A model generated the notes under the pieces. The model was not told the origin of the DNA and ran no database searches. It saw only the letters and a list, made by a program, of their open reading frames with translations. A stretch of DNA of 63,637 nt, the filler included, from Octopus bimaculoides (Eukaryota), in the NCBI RefSeq assembly GCF_001194135.2. It is 6 parts of 6 records of this genome, joined end to end, with 100 filler letters (N's around TTAATTAATTAA, not from the genome) between each part and the next. Parts side by side here need not be neighbours in the genome. Positions count along the whole stretch, not along the records: positions 1 to 20,722 come from NC_069005.1; positions 20,823 to 37,293 come from NC_068990.1; 4 more parts are not named here. One strand, 5' to 3'. Made by a program: the position numbers and the translations under genes. Positions within the stretch are counted from its first letter, which is position 1, and each line of letters starts with the position of its first letter. Shown here piece by piece: positions 12,281-25,736 of this stretch.

Positions 12281-13469
12281 CGTGGTCTGATCAATAAATA
12301 TCCGGACTCTTATCACAGTAACGAAGCTGTAGCATGCAGAGCTATAGCTTGCAGAGTGAAACCGCTTGGCACAGATTGACCTTGAACTTAAGTTTTAACG
12401 TAGTAGCTCACTTCTGCTGTTTACGGCAGTGCTTGGAAGGAAGGTGTGTAGCGTGTGATCAGGCAATGACCATGTCAGAGAAAGTTGAGCAGAGAATCTG
12501 CATTAAATTTTGCCAAAAGCTTGGCGATACCTGCTCAGAGGCCTACGCAAAGTTGCAGAAAGTGTATGGAGAGGAGTGTGTGAGCCGCACACAAGTGTAC
12601 GAGTAGTTCAGACTTTCCCAAGAAGGCCGAAATAATGTAGAAGGTGACGAACGTTCTGGGAGACCAGCAGAACTGAGAAAAACCATCGCAGCTGTGAGGG
12701 GAAATCGTCGAATCACGATCAGTTTAGTTATGGTTCAGTTCTGTCCATTATCACTGAAGGTTTGGGTATGAGACGCGTGTCTGTCAAGTTTGTTCCAAAA
12801 CTGCTTTCAGCTGACCAAAGAGACACTCGGGTTTCAGTTGCACAAGATCCCTTTGATTGTGTCGAGAACGATGAAAACTTTTTGAAAACGGTAATAACAG
12901 ATGATGAATCATGAGTCTTTGGCTGTGATCCTGAAACAAAGGCTCAGTTTTCGCAGTAGGACCAGCAACCTCTCCGAGACCGAAGAAAGTACGAACTGTT
13001 GACCGCTTTCTTCGACTACAAGGGGATTGTTCATCATGAGTATGCTCCACCTGGTCAGACGTTTTGCGGCGTTTGCGGAAAAGGCCGCAATTGCATAGTC
13101 CGGTGAGTGGCAATTGCACCATGACAACGCACCAGCCCATTCAGCGCAGCTTGGGCAGCGGTTTTTCGCTAGGCACAGCATTCCCCAGGGTCCGACAGCC
13201 ACCGTATTCCTCAGATCTCACTCCTTGCGACTTTTCCTCTTTCCAAAAATCAAATCCCGCTTGAAAGAAAGAAGAGTTTAGGACGTCGAGGAAATCAAGG
13301 TGAATGCGACGAGGCAGCTGTCGATTATCCCAGGAAATGGAAACAGCGCTGGATTAAGTGTGTGGTTTCTGAATGGGGACTACTTTGAAAGAGATTAAAT
13401 GCAAAATTGGTACGTGTTGTAGTTTTGACTTTTATAGCACCAGTCCGGATACTTATTGATCAGACCTCG
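12281..13469 (+). mobile_element. Near full-length defective mariner with both TIRs and TA target duplication
   Basis: 28-bp TIRs 12281-12308 and 13442-13469 (2 mismatches), each flanked by TA. Coding remnants: MSEKVEQRICIKFCQKLGDTCSEAYAKLQKVYGEECVSRTQVYE*, DES*VFGCDPETKAQ, LHHDNAPAH, PPYSSDLTPCDF. Stops and deletions are present. Confidence 0.95.
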
Positions 13470-13891
13470 TATAAATTCTTGTTTGTCGTACATTTATTTG
13501 TGAGTGTATATTATTTTATATTGTGCGCATGTATGTATATGTTTCGGTCCATACTTAGTTATATATTATGTATTTATGTTTGAGAATGTACTAATATTTA
13601 TCTCTGAATATATAGATTTATGCAAATATGAATGAGAATATTTGTGAGAATATGAATATGTATGTGAGTGTTGTGTATTTTTTATTTTATCATTTTTTAT
13701 TTCTTAGTATGTTAACGCCCATAAGTATCTACTCCCTAGCTAGAAGTTGGCTTGAATACAGTTTATTGGAGTACAATGCGTCTGACCTCTGACCCTTTTT
13801 GACAGTAACTGTTGTTCAAAACTATCACTTGGTTTAATTTTTATATCTCAAGCTATTTCTTCTCTACTGAATTCATGTATAATACATTTAA

Positions 13892-14341
13892 CTAGTGGGA
13901 CCCGTATAACTTCCTCGGGGGGGGAAAAATTAAGAGGATCTTTTTAAGAAAGAACGGATGATTTGCATTTTTATAGCATTCATAGTTTAACTTTCTTTAA
14001 ATATTCTTCACGTTCGTCTACATTCATTTCCTCACGTCTCCGTCGATGTTGTCTTTTTCCTCTTTTTATTATATCTTCTCGTTGTTCCTCTCTGATCCAT
14101 TGCTCTATATCTACGCATCCTTTCTCGGGCAGCTTGCAACTGTGCTTCTTGCGAATCCATATTTTAGGCTAAATTAACTCTTATAAATATATCAACTTTT
14201 TAATTGAGCAGACGATTATTTAATCGCACTTATGTGTATGCGACGGTCACTAGAAAAAATTAGTTCAATTAAAAAAATACTTTTCACTATCAACACGCCA
14301 CCACCACCACCATCCCCACCGCTTTCTGTATCTCTCTCTCA

Positions 14342-14423
<82 letters not shown>

Positions 14424-14644
14424 ATAACTCTCTACCTCTCCCTTCATCTAACTTTTTAACCACGTAATAAGTATTCCTTCCCCACCCCACCGCACATCGT
14501 CAACACTTCTCTCTCCCTCTTTTTCTCTCGTCATCTTTTTCTCTCGTTCCTTTCCTCTACCTTCAGTTGACCACGTGACCATTTGGCCTAAGTGTCTTAA
14601 TATTAATCACCTTTCTCTACCTCATCTTTTCTTCTATTTTCACT

Positions 14645-14689
<45 letters not shown>

Positions 14690-14699
14690 NNNNNNNNNN

Positions 14700-14739
<40 letters not shown>

Positions 14740-14829
14740 TCTCATTCTTTCCCCACCTCTAACTCGCTCCACCTCCACCTCTCTAACTCATGTATAATGG
14801 GTGAATAAACAAGCAGATTATTATATAGA
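13892..14829 (-). mobile_element. Non-autonomous Helitron candidate
   Basis: On the minus strand it reads A|TCTATATAATAAT (14829) ... cccgaggaagttatacggg-tccca-CTAG|T (13892). This gives 5' TC, a degenerate subterminal hairpin, 3' CTAG and an A^T insertion site. An internal R/E-rich peptide starts at 14160 (MDSQEAQLQAARERMRRYRAM...EEQREDIIKRGKRQHRRRREEM). Confidence 0.6.
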
Positions 14830-16256
14830 TTTTATTGTTTACCTGTATTCTTAAACACTCTCTTCTTATTTTATCTAGTTTCTTCTTCTACCCCTTTCCT
14901 GTCTTTTGTTTGCATTAACGATGTCCAAGTCCCTAAACTTAGATCCAGCATCGTAATTGATAACATACATATATATTTACTATTTACATTTATTCTTTAT
15001 CTTCAATACCTATCTAAATTTATCACTTAACGGTATTCCATACATTGTATATATTAAGGATAATTTTGTATGTATACAGTAGAGTTGAAGCATTGTAGTA
15101 ACCATGACGTTCTGTTGATCTGAAGAGCTAGCCTTCTATATCTGCATTGATTCGTAAATGTACACATATAATCCATTCGTACAGTGCAATATGTAGCATG
15201 CATATTGGTGCAGGCATGTAAAATAATATTTTATGAACTTAAATTATTACATGATGAATGCTGAAAAACGGCTGTCATCCTACGGATATCAAGTAGTCAA
15301 ATAAATATATTCATCTCTCATACCTCCTAACTTTTTATGGCCTTTATACTCCTCATGAAATAATTTCATAGACTGGATCCACTGGATTTCAGCTGCATAA
15401 GACTCTGCATTATACTCCTCTGTTTTTGAATTACTGTGGTATGATAGCCGGGTCCACTAGAGGAGCTTTCTGTGATAGTCACACGATTCTATGAGTCCAT
15501 ATATTGCACTACAAATTTGTCTATTTATCTATATATAACTGTATTTATAAATACTTATATATGTATAGTTATGTGTGTATGAATGTGTGCGTGTGTGTAT
15601 TTATATATGTATATTTTGATTGACTGATTGACTGATTGATTAAAGGGAATCTATTTAAAGATCGAGGCATATCACTACACTTGATGGTTAAACAGCTTGA
15701 CACAAATCAACAGGTAAACAATCCGTTCCATTTGTGAAGTGTTCACCAATGAAATGAAGTGCACTGGTATTTGGTAAGCTGCAAACCCAAGAGTATACAA
15801 AACTGAGTGGAACTTTTTGCGTGGCGTAATATAATAATTAAAAAAAACAGACGAATGGATTATATGGTTCATTAAGATACTTTATTATGACTTAACATCG
15901 TACATGTAAGACGTGCATAATCTATAAGAGTATGCAATTCATTAAAATACAATAACCTCCCAATAATCTTTGGAGAACCATATGCAGGTTAATATTTGTT
16001 ACAATTCTAACAACCTAGCAAGTATTAACTGACATATGGTTTCCTGATGATTTGGGAGGATATTGTATTGTAATGAATATAGATGCTGCACGTCTTCCAT
16101 AACCGAATGTACGCTGTTACGTTACAATAAAACCTCCTAATAAAACATTGAAGCAAGACCGTATAATCCATTCGTCTGTTTTTATCACAGATATGTGTGT
16201 GTATGTATGTGTGTATGTATACATACACACACACACAAATATATATATATATTTTT

Positions 16257-16335
<79 letters not shown>

Positions 16336-17152
16336 AGTCCGTGTATGTGTGTGTGTGCGTGTGTTTTATGCGTGTGTATAGATATGCAATTGACTAATGC
16401 TCAATGGTGTGAACGGTTCTGCGTCTGTGTGAGGTAAGGGTTTGCGTTTGTGCACGAGTCTTGAGTGTATGCCAGCAAATTACTGAGTGCATATACATGC
16501 ATACATGTATACATACATGAATGTATGCAAGTTATCTTTCTATTTCAATTATTCTGGTTGGTTCGTAAAGAAGAAACATACTTCCATCGTTAGAATTTAG
16601 ATAAGAAGGAACAGAGTTAGCAGCTGAAATTCAGGGAAAGATTTCTGGCATATTTTTGCAGTTTCGTTTACAAAATATCTCGATGTTCTTTTTGTTCTTT
16701 TTTTAACCTTTTACTTGTTTTAGTCATTAGACTGCGGCCACGCTGCAGTACTGCCTTGAAAGGGTTAGTCGAACAAATAGACCCGCAACGACTATCATTG
16801 ATGAGGAAATTTCTTCCACTGTTACGTATGGAATCTTTGCTCGATACGGTGTTCCAATAGCTGGGATATCGTAGAAACAACTGTCAGAGACTAATTAAAC
16901 CTTTTATTATATAACTAAATTAAATGCCCTTGTCAAATTTTGCCCAACTATTTGCCTTTTCTTTTCCGCTTTAATACCGCTTTAATACCGCTTTAACTAC
17001 CCTTTTCTTTTTTTCATTCAAGCGTGAAACATCGTAAAACCTTGACCTTCTTATTTTGTTATTTCTTGTTTTTGTCTAATCATCGCATGTAATTAAAAAG
17101 CTCACTTTGCAACCACTCCCGTTTAGGTTCGGTTCCATTGAGTAGAAGTCCG

Positions 17153-17204
<52 letters not shown>

Positions 17205-18169
17205 ATGCGTGCGCGTGTTTCTACCGCTGGACCAATCGTCGTTTTAATTACGTCCATGTAAAGTGGCAGTTTGGCAAAAGAGACTAAGCACTTTAAAATA
17301 AGGTACTGGGAGTCAATTTGTCCGATTGCACTCTTATTGTGTTCGCATTAGAGGTGTCTCCATTACTTAACCTATTCAGAGAAACAAGCAGCCAGTCTAT
17401 ACACAACAAATCCAGAAGCTTCAGAAAACTGGAGCTAATTGTTTGCATTCTATAAGTGCTGGACGCTTTGTTTAACATCAGCAACCTGTCATCGGCAATT
17501 CCAGCCCACAAGGTATCACGGTATGATACAGTATATATAAATCTGCCAGGTAGAGATACACAGGTGGCAAATTTTACTATTTCTTCTTTGATTGGGGAAA
17601 AAAATGATAAACAGGCTTAATCGATTATCAAACCATACTGTGCTCTCATCAGTAGTATTGAGCAACCCCAGAGAAAGAAACAGCCAACTTGCTTGTATAC
17701 TCAATAAATGCTGTAGTTACAGAGAACTGCATACAATAAGTGTTTAGTCATTATTCAATTGACTAAAGGACTGACTGTAACTCTTTACACTCGGACAGCA
17801 TTTTGTTTTGATTTTAATTTTATATATCAACAAAAAGTTGATGCATTTTACGATTTACATTTTTATAAAAAGTCACCCAAAGACACAGGTTGAGAGAATT
17901 TACCAAAGAAGATCAGACGTGAGATCAAACGGCAATGAATAATTGCTTTTAGTCATTGAATGACATTTCTCATAGCACCAGTAGATAGAACGGAAAAGGC
18001 ATTGCCCCGGAGGATAGCGGCCTGTCAAGGGACATTACAGCTCACGGTATGACATATATAAGATATATCAGACCGTGAACTATATATGAGTATCATGGTA
18101 TGATATATATATGATATACGTATGCCTATGTATATCATATACAAATATGACAATTTTAACTATTTCTCC

Positions 18170-18219
<50 letters not shown>

Positions 18220-18499
18220 ACACACACGCACACGCACACACGCACACACACAGAAGAAACATACACATTTATATTTCTACTGAACAGGACAAATAACTGG
18301 TCGTTATAAGATAATGTATTCATAATTACTCTTTTCCACAAGCTCGTGTGTGGGGGTTGTTATAAAAGTGTCCAGGTAGAGGATAACTATAAAATTACAC
18401 TGCTTCACAATCGAGGCTTGCGGATAACAGTGATTATAACTGTAGACTTGTGAAGACCTGTTATTTGTCCTGCTATGGTAGAGTAGAAACATAAACGTG

Positions 18500-18890
<391 letters not shown>

Positions 18891-19359
18891 ATATATATAG
18901 AGGACAAATTGTTTTGGTATTTGAAAATTCACCTGACTTTGAAAAACGTGTAGTTATTTTTAAATAGATTTATTTACATACATACTAAACTAGCTTCAAC
19001 GATTTTTTGTTTATTAATGGTACAAATATATATAAAACTAGGGAGTTGTAACAGAGTTTAAAATTACGAAGTGAATAAACGGACAAACATGTTTAAACTA
19101 TCAAACGTTCACGTGAATTTCAATGGGTTTCACAGGGATGGAGAATATCATCGTAAATGTTCGGCGAAGATTATAACAAACGTACATTATTGAAAGTTCG
19201 GTGATATTGAGTTTTTATAGAATACGTGGACAAGAGAGAGAGAAAAAAATTATGAGAGTAAGAAGAAAGTTATTTTTACAATTTCTGTTGCGGTACGTGT
19301 AGTTTTTTTTCCCCCTTCATGTACTGGTCTCTTCACTTTTCACGCTGAAAAGCCATTCT

Positions 19360-19885
19360 ATGCAATGGAAACACCCCTTCTCACCAACTCCAAAGAAGGC
19401 CAAGGTGATTCCATCAGCAGGGAAGATGATGACCTCAGTTTTTTGAGATGTAAAAGGCATTGCGTTTATTGACTATCTTCAAAAGGTCCACACCTTCAAT
19501 GGAGAGTACTATGCCAACTTGCTGAGGCAGCTACGAGCAGCTATCGAGACCAAATGCCCGGCGAAACTGACGAAAGGGGTTTAGTTTCATCAGGACAATG
19601 TTCCAGCACACGAGTCCCTACTTACAATGGCTGTTGTGCGTGACTGTGGCTTTGAACTGGCTGATCACCGTCCTTATTCTCCTGATTTGGTCTCATCTGA
19701 CTTCGATTTATTATTCCCCAATATGAAAAGGCAGATGGCTGGTAAGCAGTATCGCAGCGACAGTGACGTCATATCTGCTGTTTTTTGACCAACAAGTTAA
19801 AAGCTTCTTCATCAATGGGATCCAAGCACTGCAACACCGATGGAAAACGTGTGTGGACCGCAAGGAAGACTATGATGAAAAATGT
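19360..19885 (+). mobile_element. Mariner transposase C-terminal fragment
   Basis: SPTPKKAKVIPSAGKMMTSVF*DVKGIAFIDYLQK...GEYYANLLRQLR...FHQDNVPAH...PYSPDLVSSDF. Confidence 0.9.
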
Positions 19886-19890
19886 GTGTA

Positions 19891-19922
<32 letters not shown>

Positions 19923-19968
19923 CGCACGCACACGCACACGCACTCACACAGACTCTCTCACTCACACA

Positions 19969-20008
<40 letters not shown>

Positions 20009-20028
20009 TATATATATATGTATATGCA

Positions 20029-20087
<59 letters not shown>

Positions 20088-20149
20088 AGATTGTGTCCTA
20101 GTATGACCACTGTCTGATGACAGAAGCAAGTCATTGATAAAAGATATAT

Positions 20150-20340
20150 ATATATAATTCAAATTTACAAAAAAACAAAAGGCGAAGACAAGTGTAGGAA
20201 CAACAAGCAGGTGTATTAGTTTAATGCTTGGAAAGAATGGAAAAGTCTTTTTCGTTTCGAGCCTACGCTCTTCGACACAAAGGATTAAGAGGGGAAAATG
20301 GAGAGAGAATGGAAAAACGGAGAGAGAAAAATTGTGCAGA
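20150..20340 (-). repeat. Penelope-pLTR-like repeat with minimal hammerhead-like motif, copy A
   Basis: Homologous to 51850-52015(+). Contains GTCGAAGAG-CGTAGGCT-CGAAAC-GAA on the minus strand at 20245-20283. Confidence 0.6.
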
Positions 20341-20408
20341 GTTCGATGGTCCAACATGACGAGATGACCTGAAAAAAGAGGTTGAATGAAAGGGAGATGA
20401 TGATGATG

Positions 20409-20487
<79 letters not shown>

Positions 20488-20492
20488 TGATG

Positions 20493-20524
<32 letters not shown>

Positions 20525-20528
<4 letters not shown>

Positions 20529-20722
20529 GCAACGGACCATGATAAAACGACGGCAAGAAAAGCCCCTACATGGTAAATACTGGGCTAAACTAAATGCAAA
20601 AGAAATAGTCAGAGAAAAATCCCAGCAATGGTTGAGAAGCTCAGGACTCAAAGCAGAGACAGAAGGATTTTTAATTGCTGCACAAGACCAAAGCCTCCTC
20701 ACCAGAAATTACCAAAAACATA
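20525..20722 (+). mobile_element. R4/Dong-clade retrotransposon fragment after a (TAA)n array (runs into a gap)
   Basis: KPLHGKYW...QWLRSSGLKAETEGFLIAAQDQSLLTRNYQK is the typical R4/Dong post-RT motif. It is preceded by a long (ATA)n/(ATG)n array at 20396-20525. Confidence 0.85.
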
Positions 20723-20822
20723 NNNNNNNNNNNNNNNNNNNNNNNNNNNNNNNNNNNNNNNNNNNNTTAATTAATTAANNNNNNNNNNNNNNNNNNNNNN
20801 NNNNNNNNNNNNNNNNNNNNNN

Positions 20823-20895
<73 letters not shown>

Positions 20896-21380
20896 ATATT
20901 TGTGTATGTATTGATACTATTGGTCCCAGATCTGACCTGTTATAGTAGCACCTGTTAGGGTCCCAGACATGATTTAATTAGCATGTAAATCACTGGGAAT
21001 GAAGGACCCCTAATTCTTGTCAGAACTTCCTCTTAGGCAAAGGTAAACTTGTATAAAAAACATTGAAGTGCAGTTGGCTTCTGGTTATCTCAGCCTCTGT
21101 TGTGTCTCTGGTTTTATGGCCGTTTGCTCAGAAAAGTGGTTCTCAAAACAAATTCATGCAGAAGAACTTCTTGGACTCTCAGAACGTTTTCAAGGACGTT
21201 TTGAGTTTATGAAGTGGTTATGCTTGGTCCTGAGTTAACATCCACCACCATATATACGTATACATGCTCCCTACACACATTCATACACACACTCATACAT
21301 ATTTATGAAATATGCAAAAATACAAAATATAATGCAAACACTACACACACCAATGTGCAGATATGACACTCAAAACTTAC

Positions 21381-21484
21381 CTGTCTGATGAAATTCCACA
21401 GCTGACCATAGAAAAAAGGTAGCCAACGAAGTAAAATGTAATGGTGTGCCTTGCCAGAATCGCATTATCGCAAACGAGATTCAG
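21381..21484 (-). CDS. SLC22 family organic cation/anion transporter, coding exon 3
   Basis: ttctcattgcAG|CTGAAT...GACAG|GTaagt; 104 nt, phase 0 in and phase 2 out. It encodes LNLVCDNAILARHTITFYFVGYLFSMVSCGISSD(R), the conserved W(D/N)LVC...G.LSDR segment (TM2). Confidence 0.95.
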
Positions 21485-22336
21485 CTGCAATGAGAAATAT
21501 GAAAACTATTTAATGTACACATTTTATAATTTTCATAATAATGATTTTATGCTTTGAAATTGTAGAAACACTGTTTCTTGGAAACCCCTTTCATAGTCAG
21601 TTTGTATTCAAAGGACTTTGTTGTAGGAACACCGGTCATGTGACACACCCAGAATCGATTGTCTAATAGAGAAGGAGCCATTGTCAGAGGGACCACTGTC
21701 CATTGGTTAGGGAACAGTGAGAGTACAACCACTAAAATTTGGCGGTGCAGAGGCAATGAAAACACTTTAAACGATCTCCTAAAAATCTTCATCACCAAAA
21801 CGAATGAACACAGAAACATTTTTGGATGGATTTGAAACATTATTTTCTATGATGAAATTAATCCAATATGACTGATGTACAAATGTAATAATAATAATAA
21901 TAATAACAACAACAACAACAACAATAATAAATATTTTTATAATTGTGTTTGTTTCAATATTGATATTGAAAAAAAAAGTTGTTTACCTTGTTTTGCAAAA
22001 GTCTTTGAACCTGGGTTTGCACCCCCGAAGCAAATTTCATTCCCACACTTATGCCACTGTTGAGGGTTAACCCAGAATTTTTGTGTGAGGGGACTTTGTT
22101 GCAAAGATTTTCAAGAATTAGTCTCAGAATCTATTCTGACCCAGGAGTTATATTGTAAAGATTATCAATAACCATTGCCAGAACACTTCACGTTATGGCG
22201 ACAATGTATTGGAACCATGATCAATATCCAGTCCCAACATGCATTGCATCATTGAGATGTACTTTTGTAGAAAACTCTATCAATAAAACCCCAGGACTTA
22301 TTTCATTTTCTTCACTCTTTCACCCCCCCCCCCATA

Positions 22337-22540
22337 TACCCAGATATCTCCCTGGATAAGATGGTGTCAATACCCAGATATCTCCCTGGATAAGATGGTG
22401 TCTATACCCAGATATCTCCCTGGATAAGATGGTGTTTATACCCAGATATCTCCCTGGATAAGATGGTGTCTATACCCAGATATCTCCCTGGATACGATGG
22501 TGTCTATATCCAGATATCTCAGAACGTACTGATGGTGTCT
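22337..22540 (+). repeat. 34-bp minisatellite, ~6 copies
   Basis: Unit TACCCAGATATCTCCCTGGATAAGATGGTGTCTA; cagatatc starts at 22341 and 22375. The last copy is degenerate. Confidence 0.9.
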
Positions 22541-22851
22541 ACCATTCGCAACAAGGTAAATACATATTTACCTCAACATGGTACACAGAAACAGCTATAA
22601 ACTCACTCTTACTCTCACCTTTCTTAACTAAATAAATAATGGCTTTTTAGCATCAAAGACCCACTTCTCATCGTTATTTTTCCTCCATTTCTTATCGTCT
22701 ATATATACATTAAACTATGGTTTAGCTTTTGAATTATCCGCAGATGTATACCTTATAACAAGGACCATACCTACTGAGGTAATTACCAGAAGTGCCTCTG
22801 GATACATCTGTTCCTTAGAGGATTTAAACACCTCTAACTTATACTTACGTA

Positions 22852-22897
<46 letters not shown>

Positions 22898-22907
22898 NNN
22901 NNNNNNN

Positions 22908-22948
<41 letters not shown>

Positions 22949-24031
22949 TTCCCTATCACTGCTTGACAACCGATATTGGTGTATTTACGGACCCGTAACT
23001 TAACAGTTCAGCAAAATGGACCAATAGAATGATATCCAGGTTTTATAAAAACAAACAATGACTGCTGAAGTTGATTCGTTCAAGTAGAATTTTTCAAGCA
23101 ATGCCCCGGCATGGTCACAGTCTAAGATATATTTATGGTCATTAGGGAAATGTCTGTCTATGAAGGTTACTAAATCGCAAGCAAAATTATAATGAGCAAC
23201 GAGTGAAAAGAAGTTGGTTTATAAAATGCAGACGCCATGAAATTGTATGGATTTACGCAGTAACAAGTTCTGAATTCTTCTTTCATATATTTTTAACAAT
23301 TCAATGTTTTTATTATTAAAGCTGTTAATCACAATGTCCTCTGTGACAACTAAAGTGAAAATAATAACTTTCTGTACTTTTATATTATTGAGAAATATTC
23401 AATATTCAAGATTTGAAGAGGTAAATTGTACGTCTTTCCATAAACAACTTGAATGCTTCTCATGGTCGTAGCTAACAACTTTATACACACACATATAGAC
23501 ACACACACACACATGATATATAAACATTAACACACACACATATATACATATGCACATATATACGTGTATACTTCTATATATACACTCATATATTTCAGTA
23601 AGATAATAGGGAAATGTTGTTCGTAGAATTGGCAGAGAGGAAGATGAGAAGAAGTAAAATAAAATAAAGCAGGATAAGATACAATATAGAGGGGAAGAGA
23701 AATGAAAAAAAATAAAGTGAAACGATATAGAATAGAATAAAAGGGAGCAGAGTAGAAGGAGGTTTAAGTTTCTGTAATAGGTTGGGGGATATAAAGGATC
23801 ACAGATATGAAGGATCATCGATTAAAGGATGACAGATTAAAGGATCATGGATATAAAGGCTTTACCGGTTCGTGGATATAAGTGTTTTAAAAGTCTAAGG
23901 ATGTATAAAAGGCTTGTGGATAGAGAAGTAGATTTAAAAGTAGACAGGAGATAGGTAGGGAGATGGACAGACTGGTAGATAACTGGGTTGATAGACAGAC
24001 AGAACAACCTATATATCTATCTACCTATCTG

Positions 24032-24077
<46 letters not shown>

Positions 24078-24245
24078 TATATATACTTTATTAATAAAGT
24101 TTCAAAGACATCACAAAAAATGGTTCTTCGGAGTTTCACGTTCCCGTTCGTGGGACAGTTTTAGGTAAATAGACAGATAGATATATAGATAGACGGATAG
24201 ATATTTTAGCTTACATGTGGGAAGTGACTTTCAAAAGAACCTTAC

Positions 24246-24468
24246 TTCAGTGGTGATTGAGGTGTGCGTGTTGGATTTATCGTACACCCAAGAGCTGCAC
24301 TTCTGTGTAGTTCGATTTCCATTTTCTGTGGTATTGAAATATATCAAACATTTTTCATAAACCTCCTCCCCTTCATCCTCACTCTTTGGAATATATTCGT
24401 TGATCAGTTCTTTATGGATTTCACTTTGGATTTTATACGTGTCGTTGTCGTAACCAGGAATAGCACAC
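24246..24468 (-). CDS. SLC22 family transporter, coding exon 2 (large extracellular loop)
   Basis: ttttcctAG|GTGTGCT...ACTGAA|GTaag; 223 nt (1+74 codons). It encodes (R)CAIPGYDNDTYKIQSEIHKELINEYIPKSEDEGEEVYEKCLIYFNTTENGNRTTQKCSSWVYDKSNTHTSITTE, with loop cysteines, N-glycosylation sequons (NDT, NTT, NRT) and the W.YD...S..E motif. Confidence 0.95.
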
Positions 24469-25015
24469 CTAGGAAAATATGCAAAATAGGTTTCTTTGAT
24501 TTTTCATTTCAATTTAGTTATATCTTCTGTAGCTTTCAGCCTTGTGGGCCTTACCATGCATCTGAAAATATTTTGTTTGTTGAATTTTATAGACAGAAAT
24601 AAGTATTCTTATCTCGGTGCAGAGGTCCATGTACTGTCTCTCACTTAAGGTGGCTGAATTATACTGAAACACAGGCTGTTTCAGAGTCTGCCATGTCACT
24701 AAATTGTGCATTGTTAACACACATCGTCTCAAAGGGAAAAATGATTCTTCGGCAAAATCTAATAACGTGAAGCATTAGATACTTTTCAGGTCTGTTGGAA
24801 TACATGCATCAGTGACCTGATTTTCACTACTTTACATGCTTTGGGTAATTTAATATATAATACACACACACACACACACATGTATGAATGTATACATGGT
24901 GTTTTCCACTAATATATGTATATCTATCTATCTTTCTATATATTTGATTAATGGTAGACAGAAGATGGAAGACAAGAGAATTTTTATCAATTACTACCAG
25001 TGATCACTACAATCA

Positions 25016-25087
<72 letters not shown>

Positions 25088-25687
25088 NNNNNNNNNNNNN
25101 NNNNNNNNNNNNNNNNNNNNNNNNNNNNNNNNNNNNNNNNNNNNNNNNNNNNNNNNNNNNNNNNNNNNNNNNNNNNNNNNNNNNNNNNNNNNNNNNNNNN
25201 NNNNNNNNNNNNNNNNNNNNNNNNNNNNNNNNNNNNNNNNNNNNNNNNNNNNNNNNNNNNNNNNNNNNNNNNNNNNNNNNNNNNNNNNNNNNNNNNNNNN
25301 NNNNNNNNNNNNNNNNNNNNNNNNNNNNNNNNNNNNNNNNNNNNNNNNNNNNNNNNNNNNNNNNNNNNNNNNNNNNNNNNNNNNNNNNNNNNNNNNNNNN
25401 NNNNNNNNNNNNNNNNNNNNNNNNNNNNNNNNNNNNNNNNNNNNNNNNNNNNNNNNNNNNNNNNNNNNNNNNNNNNNNNNNNNNNNNNNNNNNNNNNNNN
25501 NNNNNNNNNNNNNNNNNNNNNNNNNNNNNNNNNNNNNNNNNNNNNNNNNNNNNNNNNNNNNNNNNNNNNNNNNNNNNNNNNNNNNNNNNNNNNNNNNNNN
25601 NNNNNNNNNNNNNNNNNNNNNNNNNNNNNNNNNNNNNNNNNNNNNNNNNNNNNNNNNNNNNNNNNNNNNNNNNNNNNNNNNNNNNNN

Positions 25688-25736
<49 letters not shown>

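Noticed and set aside
16040-16125. YGRRAASIFITI on the minus strand as SLC22 exon 4
   Set aside because: There is no AG acceptor in the required phase, and the frame turns polar and stops.
16790-16860. Possible SLC22 exon 4 (aacAG|T GGA AGA AAT = S-GRNFL) on the minus strand, and GIFARYGVP on the plus strand
   Set aside because: The minus frame runs straight into SINE sequence with no transmembrane segment. The integrase-like plus-strand peptide is too short to support.
20723-20822. TTAATTAATTAA islands inside N runs (20767, 37338, 42513, 55233, 62463)
   Set aside because: Each sits in a 100-bp N44-12-N44 block and gives stops in all six frames. It is an artificial scaffolding linker, not biology.
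22337-22540. CRISPR-like array
   Set aside because: The units are contiguous with no unique spacers, the context is eukaryotic, and there are no cas genes. It is a minisatellite.
24514-24732. ORF RCVLTMHNLVTWQ... as an alternative exon 2
   Set aside because: It has a weak GAG acceptor and no SLC22 loop motifs. The exon at 24468-24246 fits fully.
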